The notes: generated from the sequence alone by a model not told the origin. A stretch of 64,000 nucleotides of DNA from Candidatus Aminicenantales bacterium (GCA_049512315.1 JBEKXF010000009.1:1-64000), one strand, 5' to 3'. Counted from the first letter of the stretch, positions 44,750 to 54,957 are shown. Made by a program: numbers and translations.

Positions 44750-46282
44750 CTATTCCCATTCGATCGTCCCGGGCGGCTTGGTCGTGATGTCGTACACGAC
44801 CCGGTTGACGCCCTGGACCTCGTTGACGATGCGCGTCGAGATCTTCGAGAGGAGCCCGGGCGCGGCCGGATACCAGTTGGCCGTCATCCCGTCCGTGCTC
44901 TGGACAAGCCGCAGGGCGATGACGCGCTGGTAGGTCCTTTGATCGCCCATGACGCCGACGGAGCGGACGGGAAGCAGGACGGCAAAGGCCTGCCAGAGCT
45001 TCTTGTAGATCCCGGCCCGGCGGACCTCTTCGACGACGACATCGTCGGCCGCCCGGAGGATGTCCAGGCTCTCCCGGTTGACCTCGCCGATGACCCGGAC
45101 CGCGAGACCCGGCCCGGGGAACGGGTGCTGGTGGATGAAATCCTTGTCCACCCCGAGCTCCAGGGCCAGGGCCCGGACCTCATCCTTGAAGAGCTCGCGG
45201 AGGGGCTCGATGAGCTTGAACCTGAGGCCTTTCGGCAGCCCGCCCACGTTGTGGTGGGACTTGATCACCGAGGACGGCCCCTTGACCGGGTTGGACTCGA
45301 TGACGTCCGGGTAGATCGTCCCCTGGGCCAGGAACTGGGCCCCGCCGATCCGCGTCGCCTCCCGTTCGAAGAGGTGGATGAAGAGCCGGCCGATCGTCTT
45401 CCTCTTTCTCTCCGGCAGGACGATGCCGCGGAGCTTGTCGAGGAACAGGTCCGAGGCGTCGATGCCGATGACCTTGAGGGCGAACTTTTTCCGGAAGGCC
45501 TCCATGAGCGCTTCGTACTGACCCTTGCGGAGGAGGCCGTTGTCGATGAAGATGCAAACGAGCTGGTTCCTGATGGCTTTGTGGATGATGAGCGACGTGA
45601 CGAGGGAATCGACGCCGCCGCTCAGGCCGCAGATGACTTTATTCGTCCCCACGGCTTCCCGGATCTCGGCGACTTTCCGTTCGACGAACGATGAGATGTT
45701 CCAGTCGGCCTCGAGCCCGGCCAGGTTGAAGAGGAAGTTGGCCAGGATCTTCTGGCCTTCCTTGGTGTGGATGACCTCGGGGTGGAACTGGACGCCGTAG
45801 AACTTCCGGCCTCGGTTCTCGATCGCGGCGGCCTGGGTGTTGGCGGTGCTGCCGGTAATGACGAACCCGGGGGGGACCTTTTCCAGGCGGTCGCCGTGGC
45901 TCATCCAGACCTGTTCCTTGTCCTTGACCTCGGCCAGGAGGCCGGAGCGGTCGATGACCCGGAGCGAGGCGAAGCCGTATTCGCGCATTTTCGACGGGAT
46001 GACCTCGCCGCCGAGGAAATAGGCCATCAGCTGGACGCCGTAGCAGATACCCAGGAGCGGGACGCCGAGGTCGAAGATCCCCTTCGGCGGATGCGGGGCC
46101 CCCTTCCCGTAAACGCTCTGCGGCCCGCCGGAGAGGACGAGGGCGGAGGGTCCGAAGGAGCGGACCTTCGCGAGCGGTGTCGAGAACGGCAGGATCTCGG
46201 AGTAGACGCCGAGCTCGCGGATCTTGCGGGCGATGAGCTGGGTGTACTGCGACCCGAAATCGAGGATGAGGACCTTATGCAT
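44750..46282 (-). CDS. guaA: GMP synthase (glutamine-hydrolysing)
   Basis: LDFGSQYT, GICYG, QFHPE, SGGVDS, IKSHHNVGGLP, KPPGTIEWE. Confidence 0.97.
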   Translation of the reverse strand: MHKVLILDFGSQYTQLIARKIRELGVYSEILPFSTPLAKVRSFGPSALVLSGGPQSVYGKGAPHPPKGIFDLGVPLLGICYGVQLMAYFLGGEVIPSKMREYGFASLRVIDRSGLLAEVKDKEQVWMSHGDRLEKVPPGFVITGSTANTQAAAIENRGRKFYGVQFHPEVIHTKEGQKILANFLFNLAGLEADWNISSFVERKVAEIREAVGTNKVICGLSGGVDSLVTSLIIHKAIRNQLVCIFIDNGLLRKGQYEALMEAFRKKFALKVIGIDASDLFLDKLRGIVLPERKRKTIGRLFIHLFEREATRIGGAQFLAQGTIYPDVIESNPVKGPSSVIKSHHNVGGLPKGLRFKLIEPLRELFKDEVRALALELGVDKDFIHQHPFPGPGLAVRVIGEVNRESLDILRAADDVVVEEVRRAGIYKKLWQAFAVLLPVRSVGVMGDQRTYQRVIALRLVQSTDGMTANWYPAAPGLLSKISTRIVNEVQGVNRVVYDITTKPPGTIEWE

Positions 46283-46288
46283 GGAGAG

Positions 46289-46317
46289 ATTTTATCAGAG
46301 CGGCGGGGTCAATTCAA
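46289..46317 (-). promoter_or_regulatory. promoter directly upstream of guaA (probably leaderless)
   Basis: Minus strand TTGAAT, 17 nt, TAAAAT with an extended TG; ATG 6 nt downstream; no SD sequence. Confidence 0.6.
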
Positions 46318-46360
46318 ATTTGTGGTAAACTAGGGAGGAATTTCCGCAGGAGTCATCATC

Positions 46361-47563
46361 ATGGAATGGGAAGAACTGGCAAGAGAACTGAGCCAAACAA
46401 CCGACAGCAAGATCGTCCTCCTGGTCATGGACGGCGTGGGCGGCCTGCCCGTCAACGGCCGGTCCGAGCTCGAGGCGGCCCGCAAGCCGAACCTCGACGG
46501 GCTGGCGAAGCGGGGCGTCTGCGGCCTCTCGGACCCCGTGTTCATGGGGATCACGCCGGGGAGCGGCCCGGCCCATCTGGCGCTTTTCGGCTACGACCCG
46601 CTCAAACATCAGCTCGGCCGCGGCATCCTCGAGGCGCTGGGTTCGGGGGTCGAGGTCGGCCGGAGCGACCTCGTGGCCCGGGGGAACTTCGCAACCTTCA
46701 AGGGCGGGCTGATCGCCGACCGGCGCGCCGGCCGGATCCCGACCGAGGAGAACGTCCGGATCTGCTCCTATCTCAACGCCCATCTCCATAAGCGTGACGG
46801 GGTCGAGATCAAGGTCTTCCCGGGAAAAGAGCACCGGTTCGTGGCCCGCTTCACGGCCGAGGGGCTCTCGGACGCCCTGACCGACGCCGACCCTCAAAAG
46901 GAGGGGAAGCCGCGACTGCCGACCAGCGCGATCAAGCCCGAAGCGGCCAAGGCGGCGGCTGTCGTCAACCGCTTCCTCGACGACCTGACCGACGTCCTCA
47001 AGGGCGAGGCCAAGGCTAACACCGCCCTGCTCCGGGGCTTCTCCAAATTCCCGTCCATCCCGACGATGCAGGAGCTGTTCAGCATCCGGCCCGCGGCGAT
47101 CGCCAATTACCCCATGTACAAGGGCCTGGCCAAGCTCCTCGGCATGACGGTCGTGGACGTCGGGAGCGAAACCGGCGAGCTTTTCGATGCCCTGGAGAAA
47201 AACTTCAACGACCACGATTTCTTCTACGTTCACTACAAAAAGACGGATTCCGCCGGCGAGGACGGCAAGTTCGACGCCAAGGTCGCGGCCATCGAGACCT
47301 TGGACGCGTTCATCCCGCGCCTCGTCGCCCTCAACCCGGATGTCCTCGTCGTGACCTCCGACCACTCGACGCCGGCGCTCCTCAGCGGCCATTCCTGGCA
47401 CCCAAACCCGTTCATCCTTGTTTCCAAAACGGCCGGAGTCGACGACGTCGCCGAGTTCACGGAGCGGGCTTGCGGGAAAGGGCTCCTCGGCCGCTTCCGG
47501 GCCCTCTACGCCATGCCGCTCATGCTGGCCCATGCCCTCAAGCTCAAGAAATACGGGGCATAA
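46361..47563 (+). CDS. apgM: 2,3-bisphosphoglycerate-independent phosphoglycerate mutase (archaeal-type ApgM)
   Basis: DG.G, PGSGPAHL.LFGYDP, GRG..EALG, RGNF, DRRAGRI, SDHSTP, HSWHP. Confidence 0.9.
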   Translation: MEWEELARELSQTTDSKIVLLVMDGVGGLPVNGRSELEAARKPNLDGLAKRGVCGLSDPVFMGITPGSGPAHLALFGYDPLKHQLGRGILEALGSGVEVGRSDLVARGNFATFKGGLIADRRAGRIPTEENVRICSYLNAHLHKRDGVEIKVFPGKEHRFVARFTAEGLSDALTDADPQKEGKPRLPTSAIKPEAAKAAAVVNRFLDDLTDVLKGEAKANTALLRGFSKFPSIPTMQELFSIRPAAIANYPMYKGLAKLLGMTVVDVGSETGELFDALEKNFNDHDFFYVHYKKTDSAGEDGKFDAKVAAIETLDAFIPRLVALNPDVLVVTSDHSTPALLSGHSWHPNPFILVSKTAGVDDVAEFTERACGKGLLGRFRALYAMPLMLAHALKLKKYGA

Positions 47564-47564
47564 A

Positions 47565-47648
47565 GCTTGCGGACTCGGAGGGAGTCCGCTGATTCATTTA
47601 ACACCGCTTCGGGAAGGCTAAACCGTGGATGACGTTCCGGCATTCCCC
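47565..47648 (-). repeat. copy C of the dispersed repeat (internally deleted, inverted)
   Basis: The reverse complement GGAATGCCGGAACGTCATCCACGGTTTAGCCTTCCCGAAGCGGTGTTAAATGAATCAGCGGACTCCCTCCGAGTCCGCAA matches 8753-8813 joined to 8915-8934. Confidence 0.8.
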
Positions 47649-47733
47649 GCAGCCGGTTCATAGGTCGTGCGAGGACCTACCTTTGTTGGCCGATGTAGAC
47701 AAGGTGATGCCAGTCGGCTAGAATTGAAACGGA

Positions 47734-48957
47734 TTGAATTGCCCGAATAATCGTCCGCTCGTCCTGTTCCTGCTCGCGGCCTCTTTTCTTTTGCTCGGGG
47801 CCAAGCCCCAGCCGGACAACCGGACCGAGATCCTCAACCTCCGCTACTACATCCACCCGGCCTTCACCCGGATCGTCCTCGACATCGGAAGGCTTCGAGA
47901 GTACACGTCGGGCGAGCTCCAGCAGCCGGGCCGGATCTATCTCGACGTCCTTCAGGCCAAGCTCAATCCCATCCTGGACGGGCAGTCCTTCCCGGTCAAG
48001 ACGGAATACCTGAGCCAGATCCTAGTTTTCCAAAAGACCCCGACGACGGCCCGGGTCGTCGTCGACGTCGATTTCCTCAAGGTCAAGTCCTACCGGGCCT
48101 ACCATCTGTTCGACCCCTTCCGCATCGTGATCGACATCTACCCCACGCAGGCCCCCGAGTCGCCGGGAGCAAGAACCCAGCCGGGGCCGGGCACCGAAGG
48201 CAATCCGCCGGCCGGCCAGCCCGCCAAGCCGCCCGAACCGCTGCCGTCGGGCTACTCCATGGCCCGCCAGCTCGGGCTCGGGGTCAGGACGATCGTCCTC
48301 GACCCCGGCCACGGCGGCAGCGACCCCGGCTGCATCGGCAAGAGCGGCCTCCAGGAGAAGGTCATCACCCTGGACGTTTCCCTGGCCCTGAAAAAGATGC
48401 TCGTCGCGAGGGCCGGCCTGAACGTCATCCTGGCCCGGGAGTCGGACATTATGGTCCCCCTCGAGAGCCGGACGGTCATCGCCAACCAGAAACGGGCCGA
48501 CCTCTTCGTCTCCATCCACGTCAACGCCCATCGCGACCGGAAGCGGGAGGGGGTCGAGACCTTCTTCCTGAATTTCAGCCCGGACCCGGCCGTCGTCGAG
48601 CTGGCGGCCCAGGAAAACGCCACCTCCACCAAGAACATCGGCCAGATGAAAGACATCATCCAGAAGATCGCCAAGAACAGCAAGGTCGATGAGTCGCGGG
48701 ACTTGGCCGAAAGGATCCAGAAAAATCTGCTGCAGGCCCTGTCCGCGGCCAACCCCAAGATCAAGGACCTGGGTGTCCGGGGCGCCCCGTTCTGGGTCCT
48801 CATCGGCAGCGAGATGCCCTCCGTGCTCGTCGAGATCTCGCATCTCAGCAACGCCGGCGAGGAGGCCAGGCTCAAGACCGCAAGGTACCGGGAGCTCGCC
48901 GTCCTGGGCATCTACAACGGGATCATGGAGTATATCCGCTCGCTCGGGAAAGGATGA
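47734..48957 (+). CDS. N-acetylmuramoyl-L-alanine amidase (AmiC-like, AMIN domain)
   Basis: Signal peptide, TRIVLD/RIVID AMIN-like strands, DPGHGG.DPG, EK, ADLFVSIH.NA, MPSVLVE. Start uncertain. Confidence 0.9.
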   Translation: MNCPNNRPLVLFLLAASFLLLGAKPQPDNRTEILNLRYYIHPAFTRIVLDIGRLREYTSGELQQPGRIYLDVLQAKLNPILDGQSFPVKTEYLSQILVFQKTPTTARVVVDVDFLKVKSYRAYHLFDPFRIVIDIYPTQAPESPGARTQPGPGTEGNPPAGQPAKPPEPLPSGYSMARQLGLGVRTIVLDPGHGGSDPGCIGKSGLQEKVITLDVSLALKKMLVARAGLNVILARESDIMVPLESRTVIANQKRADLFVSIHVNAHRDRKREGVETFFLNFSPDPAVVELAAQENATSTKNIGQMKDIIQKIAKNSKVDESRDLAERIQKNLLQALSAANPKIKDLGVRGAPFWVLIGSEMPSVLVEISHLSNAGEEARLKTARYRELAVLGIYNGIMEYIRSLGKG

Positions 48958-48962
48958 TCGGA

Positions 48963-49862
48963 ATGAACAGAAGGGATTTCCTCAGGGGCCTGGCCGTCGG
49001 AGGCGCCGTCCTCCCGTGGGGACCCCGGATTTTCGGGGGCCAGGCCGCCGTCCCGGTCCAGACTCCCCAGCTCACCGTGGTCGAAGGCGAATCGCCCTAT
49101 CTGATCACGAAGGAAGCCGTGGCCGCCCTGGGCGGCATGAAGCGCTTCATCGCCAAGGGCGACAAGGTCATCATCAAGCCCAACATCGGCTGGGACCGGA
49201 CCCCGGAGATGGCCGCCTGCACCAATCCCGAGGTCGTCAAGGCCCTCGTCGAGCTCGTCCATGACGCGGGCGCCAGGAGCGTCACCGTCATCGACAACAC
49301 GACGAACGAGGCCAAGCGCTGCTACGTCCGCTCCGGCATCCTCGACGCCGCTAAGGCCGCGGGCGCGTCCATGCCGTACGCCGACGAGACCCGGGTGAAA
49401 AGGACGGCCCTCAAGGGCGAGTGGCTCAAGGAGTGGGACATCCTTATGGACGTCCTCGAGGCCGACAAGATCATCAACGTCCCCATCGCCAAGCACCACT
49501 CCCTCTGCCGCCTGACCATGGGGATGAAGAACTGGCTCGGGGCCATCGGCGGGGCCCGCAACCAGCTCCACCAGAAGCTCGATCAGGCCATGGTCGACCT
49601 CACGGCGTTCTTCAAGCCGGCGCTGACCGTCCTCGACGCCTACCGGATCCTCGTCCGGAACGGCCCCCAAGGGGGACGGGTCTCCGACACGAAGCTCGTC
49701 AAGACGGTCGTGGCGGGTACGGACCCCGTGGCCGTGGACGCCATGGGCGCAACGTTCTTCGAGATCAGACCCCAGGAGCTCCTCTACCTGAAGCTGGCCC
49801 AGGAGCGCGGTCTGGGGACATTCGAGCTGGAGAAGCTCCGCGTTGAAAAAAGAAAAATCTAG
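48963..49862 (+). CDS. DUF362-domain protein with Tat-like signal peptide
   Basis: NRRDFL, LGGM..FI..GDKV.IKPN, T.PEVV, IN.PIAKHH, MKN..G, DPVA.D. Confidence 0.85.
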   Translation: MNRRDFLRGLAVGGAVLPWGPRIFGGQAAVPVQTPQLTVVEGESPYLITKEAVAALGGMKRFIAKGDKVIIKPNIGWDRTPEMAACTNPEVVKALVELVHDAGARSVTVIDNTTNEAKRCYVRSGILDAAKAAGASMPYADETRVKRTALKGEWLKEWDILMDVLEADKIINVPIAKHHSLCRLTMGMKNWLGAIGGARNQLHQKLDQAMVDLTAFFKPALTVLDAYRILVRNGPQGGRVSDTKLVKTVVAGTDPVAVDAMGATFFEIRPQELLYLKLAQERGLGTFELEKLRVEKRKI

Positions 49863-51453
49863 GAAATACCGGGTCCTTCAGATCCTGAGGATCGTGAGCC
49901 AGGCGGGATTCTTCGGGCTCTTCCTCACCCTCTTCATCGGCGCCCACTACACGGGCCAGGACTATATCAGCTCCTCGGTCCAGCGCTTCTTCCACTTCGA
50001 CCCGCTGCTCGCCCTGGTCACTCTCATCGCGGCCCGCCTCGTTTACGCCTCGTTCGTCTTCGCCCTGATTACGGTCGTCGCGACGGTCGTCCTCGGCCGC
50101 GTTTTCTGCGGCTGGGTCTGCCCCCTCGGCGCGGTCCACCAATTTTCCTCGTTCGCCTTCAAGAAGACGGGGTTCCTCCGGCCGCCAAGAGAGGAGAAAG
50201 CGAGCCTGGCCTGGAAATACTATATCCTTATTATTGTCCTGGCCGGGGCCTTGCTCGGCCTCGACCTGGCCGGGTACCTCGACCCCTTTTCGTTCCTGAC
50301 CCGCTCCTTCGCCCTGTCCATTTTCCCAGGCCTGGCCTACGCCCTCGCGCGCCTGAAAGCGGGCTTCTATGCCCTCGGCATCACCGGAGCGGGCCGGTCC
50401 ATCTCCCAGCTCCTCGAGAATTGGACGCTCAACGCAACGTTCATCCAGGGATTCGCCGTCGGGTTCTTCTTCCTTGCCGCCGTCGCTCTGAACGCCTGGA
50501 AGGAGCGGTTCTGGTGCCGGTATCTCTGCCCGACGGGGGCTTTCCTCGGGCTCCTCTCGCGTTGGAACGTCCTCAAGCTCTGTATCGACGGCGAGAAGTG
50601 CATCAAGTGCGGTCTCTGCACGCAGCACTGCGAGACCCAGGCCAACCCCTACCCCAACGAGAAATGGAGGAGCGGCGAGTGCGTTTACTGCGAAACCTGC
50701 GCCGCCATCTGCCCGACCGCGGCCGTCGGGTTCCCGCTCAAGCCGGCGCCCGAGAAGCTGGCCAACGTTTCGAACGTCGATCTGTCGCGCCGGAAAGTCC
50801 TCCTGACGACTCTCCTCGGACTAGCCGCGGTCCCGTTCTTCCGCCTGACGCCGTCCCGCAAGCGGGCCTCGCTCAAGCTCATCCGGCCGCCGGGCTCGCT
50901 GCCCGAGGACAAGTTCTTGGCCAAGTGCGTCAAGTGCGGCCAGTGCATGAGGGCCTGCCCGACCAACGGCCTCCAACCCGCGCTCACCGAAGCCGGACCC
51001 GAAGGGATCTATACGCCGATGCTCGTCCCGAAGATCGGCTACTGTGAATACTACTGCTCGCTCTGTACCCAGGTCTGCCCGACGGGCGCCATCCAGAAGC
51101 AGACGATCGAGGCCAAGAACAAGATCAAGATCGGCTCGGCTTGGGTCAACAAAAGCCGGTGCATTCCTTACGTGCTGGGCAAGCCCTGTATCGTGTGCGA
51201 GGAGCATTGTCCCGTTTCACCGAAAGCGATCAAGCTCGTCGAGGTCGAAACGAAGCTCCCCGACGGGAAAATCGTCGTCCAGAAAGCCCCGGTCATCGAC
51301 CTCGAGCTCTGCACGGGATGCGGGATCTGCGAAAATAAATGCCCGATCGTGGACGACCCGGCGATCTACGTCACGAGTGTCGGGGAAACACGCTCGGAGA
51401 AGAACCGCCTCCTGCTCCAGGTGATCGGAGAAACCGGCGAGCCCGGGAAATAA
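49843..51453 (+). CDS. membrane polyferredoxin (NapH/MauN-like TM domain fused to a NapG/MauM-like ferredoxin)
   Basis: GRVFCGWVCPLG, RFWCRYLCPTG, multiple CxxCxxCxxxCP motifs, IRPPG. Confidence 0.88.
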   Translation: MKKEKSRKYRVLQILRIVSQAGFFGLFLTLFIGAHYTGQDYISSSVQRFFHFDPLLALVTLIAARLVYASFVFALITVVATVVLGRVFCGWVCPLGAVHQFSSFAFKKTGFLRPPREEKASLAWKYYILIIVLAGALLGLDLAGYLDPFSFLTRSFALSIFPGLAYALARLKAGFYALGITGAGRSISQLLENWTLNATFIQGFAVGFFFLAAVALNAWKERFWCRYLCPTGAFLGLLSRWNVLKLCIDGEKCIKCGLCTQHCETQANPYPNEKWRSGECVYCETCAAICPTAAVGFPLKPAPEKLANVSNVDLSRRKVLLTTLLGLAAVPFFRLTPSRKRASLKLIRPPGSLPEDKFLAKCVKCGQCMRACPTNGLQPALTEAGPEGIYTPMLVPKIGYCEYYCSLCTQVCPTGAIQKQTIEAKNKIKIGSAWVNKSRCIPYVLGKPCIVCEEHCPVSPKAIKLVEVETKLPDGKIVVQKAPVIDLELCTGCGICENKCPIVDDPAIYVTSVGETRSEKNRLLLQVIGETGEPGK

Positions 51454-51507
51454 AAACGTGGAGGGTCTTGATTTTCCCCGTGAGGGAAATCAGGACCCTC
51501 CACGTTT
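51454..51507. terminator. long hairpin between convergent genes (probable bidirectional terminator)
   Basis: AAACGTGGAGGGTCTTGATTT...AAATCAGGACCCTCCACGTTT inverted repeat. Confidence 0.75.
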
Positions 51508-51510
51508 CGG

Positions 51511-52491
51511 CTATTCCGCCAATACCTTTTTCAACTCGTCCTTGAGCCGTGGGATGACCTCGAAGAGATCGCCCACGATCCCGTAGTCGGCCACCTTGAA
51601 GATCGGCGCCTCGGGGTCCTTGTTTATGGCCACGATGCATTTCGACGACGACATCCCGGCCAGGTGCTGGATCGCCCCGGAGATGCCGACCGCAATATAG
51701 AGGTTGGGAGAGACCGTTTTCCCGGTCTGCCCGACCTGGTGCTGGTGGCCGATCCAGCCGGAATCGACGGCCGAGCGTGACGCCCCGACCGCGGAGCGGG
51801 GAATGAGGGCCGCGAGCTCGCGGAGGAGGACGAAATTCTCCGGCCCCTTCAAGCCGCGCCCGCCGGAGATGACGACATCGGCCTCGGTCACGTCGATCTC
51901 GGCGCTCTCCTCCTTCAGGACCTCTGCGACCCGGCCCTTGATGAACCCTTCCGGAATCTCGATGCTCTTCTTGACGACCTCGGCCCTCCCCCCCGCCGCC
52001 TGAGCTTCGAGCGGAAACACGTTGGGCCGGAGAGTCGCGATCTGCGGCGTCGAGCTCAGGGTGAAAGAAAGAATGGCCTTCCCGGCGTAGATGGGCCTGG
52101 TGAACTCGAACGTCCCGTCCTTGACGGCGATTTTCGTGCAGTCCGAGGCCAGGCCGACGCCGAGCCCGGCGGCGACCCTCGGGGCCAGGTCCTTGCCCAT
52201 TGCGGTCGCGGCGAAGAACAGGGCCGTGGGCTTCGTCTCCCGGACGAGATCGCAGATGGCCCGGCCGTAACCCTGCGCCGAATAATCGGCCAGGGCCGGG
52301 CTCTCGAGGCAGAAGACCTTGCCCGGGCAGTGAGGGCCGAGCTCGGATGCCAGGCCTTCGAGGCCGGCCCCGACCAGCACGGCCGCGGTGTCCGTGCCGA
52401 GCTCCGGGGCCCTCCGTTTGGCTTCCGAGAGAGCTTCGAGAGAGCTTTTCTTGATTTTCCCTTCTCTGATCTCAACGAATACGGCGATCAT
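51511..52491 (-). CDS. etfA: electron transfer flavoprotein alpha subunit
   Basis: [36 protein letters not shown]. Confidence 0.95.
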   Translation of the reverse strand: MIAVFVEIREGKIKKSSLEALSEAKRRAPELGTDTAAVLVGAGLEGLASELGPHCPGKVFCLESPALADYSAQGYGRAICDLVRETKPTALFFAATAMGKDLAPRVAAGLGVGLASDCTKIAVKDGTFEFTRPIYAGKAILSFTLSSTPQIATLRPNVFPLEAQAAGGRAEVVKKSIEIPEGFIKGRVAEVLKEESAEIDVTEADVVISGGRGLKGPENFVLLRELAALIPRSAVGASRSAVDSGWIGHQHQVGQTGKTVSPNLYIAVGISGAIQHLAGMSSSKCIVAINKDPEAPIFKVADYGIVGDLFEVIPRLKDELKKVLAE

Positions 52492-52503
52492 CTTCGTCCT
52501 CTC

Positions 52504-53286
52504 TCAAATGACTTTGGCTTCGCTATGAAGAAGGGCGATGAGCTCACGCGACGTCCCGGCGGGGTCTCCCTGAAGGATCTTCCCTGCCTGACGCTGGAGC
52601 GGGACGTCCAGGCCCGTGATCACCACCTTGGACGCGAGCTCCGCGGGCCCGAATCCGAGGTCCTCGAGCTTGACGACCGGGATCTCCTTCTTCTTGGCGG
52701 CCATGATCCCCTTGAGCGTCTCATAGCGGGGCTCATTCAAGCCCTTCTGGGCGCTGACGACGGCCGGCAAGGAGAAGACGACCTTCTCGGTCCCGCCTTC
52801 GACCTCACGGAGGGCCGTCCCGGCGTCCTCTCCGATCTCGAGCTTGGTCACGACGTTGGCCTGGGGCAGGCCGAGGAGCTCGGCCGTCATCGCGGGCACC
52901 TGGCTCAGATCCGCGCCGACCGACTGCTTGCCGAAAAGGAGGAGATCGGCCCCGGCGAACTTCCGCTCGACCGCGCGGGCGATGATCCTCGCGGTGCGCA
53001 ACCCGTCGTATGTTTCGGCCGCATCGTCCCTGACGAGCATCGCCTCGTCGGCCCCCATGGCCAGGCACTTCCGGAGGACGGGGATCGCGTCCTCGCGGCC
53101 GACGCAGACGATCCGGACCGTCCCGCCCCTGGCTTCCTTCAGCCGCAGGGCCTCTTCGACCGCGAACTCGTCATACGGGCTGGCCACGAAATTCAGGCCG
53201 TCCTCGACGATAGACCTCGTCTCGTGCCGGATCCGGATCCGCGATTCCGTGTCCGGGACCCTTTTAACAAAAACAAGGATGTTCAT
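52504..53286 (-). CDS. etfB: electron transfer flavoprotein beta subunit
   Basis: VKRVPD, YDEFAVEEA, LAMGAD, GKQS, NEPRY. Confidence 0.95.
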   Translation of the reverse strand: MNILVFVKRVPDTESRIRIRHETRSIVEDGLNFVASPYDEFAVEEALRLKEARGGTVRIVCVGREDAIPVLRKCLAMGADEAMLVRDDAAETYDGLRTARIIARAVERKFAGADLLLFGKQSVGADLSQVPAMTAELLGLPQANVVTKLEIGEDAGTALREVEGGTEKVVFSLPAVVSAQKGLNEPRYETLKGIMAAKKKEIPVVKLEDLGFGPAELASKVVITGLDVPLQRQAGKILQGDPAGTSRELIALLHSEAKVI

Positions 53287-53371
53287 GCGCGTCTCCTCAT
53301 CCGTTGTGATGCGTCGGCCCCCCGCGGCCCAGGCCTCCGGCCCTCGCTCCCGGCTCTCGTCTTCCGTCTTC

Positions 53372-54634
53372 TCAGGGTTTCTCGAATCTCTTGAACAGGA
53401 GCGAGCCGTTCGTCCCGCCGAACCCGAAGGAGTTGCTGAGGGCGTAGACGACCTCGGCCGGCCGGGACTTATTCGGCACGTAGTCGAGGTCGCATTCCGG
53501 GTCGGGGAACTCGTAGTTGATGGTCGGAGTCATGATCTGGTGGAACGCGCAGAGGGCTGAAATCCCGGCCTCGAGGCCGCCGGCCGCGCCCAGGAGGTGC
53601 CCGGTCATGGACTTCGTCGAGCTGATGCCGATCCGGCGAGCATGCGCTCCGAACACCGTTTTGATGGCCAGCGTCTCGATCTTGTCGTTATAGGCCGTCG
53701 ACGTTCCGTGGGCATTGATGTACTGGACGTCCTCGGGCCGGACGCCCGCGTCCTCGATCGCCTTCCTCATAACCCGGATGGCGCCGTCGCCGTCCGGCGC
53801 AGGGGCAGCCGCATGATAGGCGTCGCCCGTCATTCCGTAGCCGACGACCTCGGCGTAGATCCGAGCGTTTCTCTTCAGGGCACGACCAAGGTCCTCTAGG
53901 ATGACGATCCCGGCCCCCTCCCCCATGACGAAGCCGTCGCGCCTGGCGTCGAACGGCCGCGAGGCCTTCTCCGGGGCGTCATTCCGCTCCGAGAGGGCCT
54001 TCATGGAGTTGAACCCTGCGACGGACAGCGGGGTCAGGGGTGCCTCCGCCCCGCCGGCGATCATGATGTCGGCGTCGCCGCGGGCGATCAGCCGGAAGGA
54101 ATCGCCGATGGCGTGAGTCCCGGTGCTGCAGGCCGTCGCGGTGGCCAAGTTGGGGCCCTTCGCGCCGTAGCGGATAGAGATCTGCCCCGAAGCCTCGTTG
54201 ACGATCGTCTGGATGAGAAAGAACGGCGAAACCCGATCCGGGCCCTTTTCGAGGAGGACCTTGTGCCACTCCTCGATCGACCCGAGACCGCCGACCCCCG
54301 AGCCGACGTACGTCCCGGCTCGGTCGCTCTCGAGGTCGGCCGGCGGGAGCCCCGAGTCCTCGACGGCCAGGTGGGCCGCCCCCAACGCAAACTGGATGAA
54401 CGGGTCCATCTTGCGGGATTCCTTGCGGTCGATGAAGGCGAGGGGGTCGAAGTCCCTGGCTTCCCCTCCGAACCGGGTGGCGTGGCGCGAGGTGTCCCAG
54501 CGGGTCAGGAGCTTGATTCCGCTTTCCCCGCGGAGGAGGGCCTGCCAGTTCTTCTCCGTCCCCGTCCCGAGCGGCGAGACCAGTCCGATGCCGGTGATGA
54601 CGACTCGTCGCGCGGGGAAAGAATCCCTGCTCAT
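53372..54634 (-). CDS. fabF: 3-oxoacyl-ACP synthase II
   Basis: RRVVITG.G, TACST, NAHGTST, SMTGH, SNSFGFGGTN. Confidence 0.96.
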   Translation of the reverse strand: MSRDSFPARRVVITGIGLVSPLGTGTEKNWQALLRGESGIKLLTRWDTSRHATRFGGEARDFDPLAFIDRKESRKMDPFIQFALGAAHLAVEDSGLPPADLESDRAGTYVGSGVGGLGSIEEWHKVLLEKGPDRVSPFFLIQTIVNEASGQISIRYGAKGPNLATATACSTGTHAIGDSFRLIARGDADIMIAGGAEAPLTPLSVAGFNSMKALSERNDAPEKASRPFDARRDGFVMGEGAGIVILEDLGRALKRNARIYAEVVGYGMTGDAYHAAAPAPDGDGAIRVMRKAIEDAGVRPEDVQYINAHGTSTAYNDKIETLAIKTVFGAHARRIGISSTKSMTGHLLGAAGGLEAGISALCAFHQIMTPTINYEFPDPECDLDYVPNKSRPAEVVYALSNSFGFGGTNGSLLFKRFEKP

Positions 54635-54667
54635 GATCCCTGTCGGTCCAGCCGGAAACGGCGGGGG

Positions 54668-54910
54668 CTATTTCTTATGGCTCGTGATGTAGTCAATCGC
54701 CTTGCCGACGGTCGTCAGCTTCTCGGCCTGATCGTCCGGGATGTCCAGTCCGAATTCGTCCTCGAGGGCCATGACCAGCTCCACCGTATCGAGGGAGTCC
54801 GCCCCGAGGTCATCGATGAAGGAAGCGTCTTCGGTGACCTGCTCTTCGCTGATGCTCAGCTTGTCCGAGACAATGGCCCTGACCTTCTTGAGCAGTTCGT
54901 TTCGGTCCAT
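54668..54910 (-). CDS. acpP: acyl carrier protein
   Basis: [20 protein letters not shown]. Confidence 0.97.
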   Translation of the reverse strand: MDRNELLKKVRAIVSDKLSISEEQVTEDASFIDDLGADSLDTVELVMALEDEFGLDIPDDQAEKLTTVGKAIDYITSHKK

Positions 54911-54957
54911 AATGTCCTCCTCTTTAATATAGGATTGCGGAGATGGCCGCGGCCGGC

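Noticed and set aside
41573..45694. 1373-aa plus-strand ORF, and many similar long antisense ORFs (e.g. 37112-39286, 57756-59879, 11110-12747)
   Set aside because: They mirror well-supported genes on the opposite strand; this is expected from GC-rich codon bias, and they contain no recognisable motifs.
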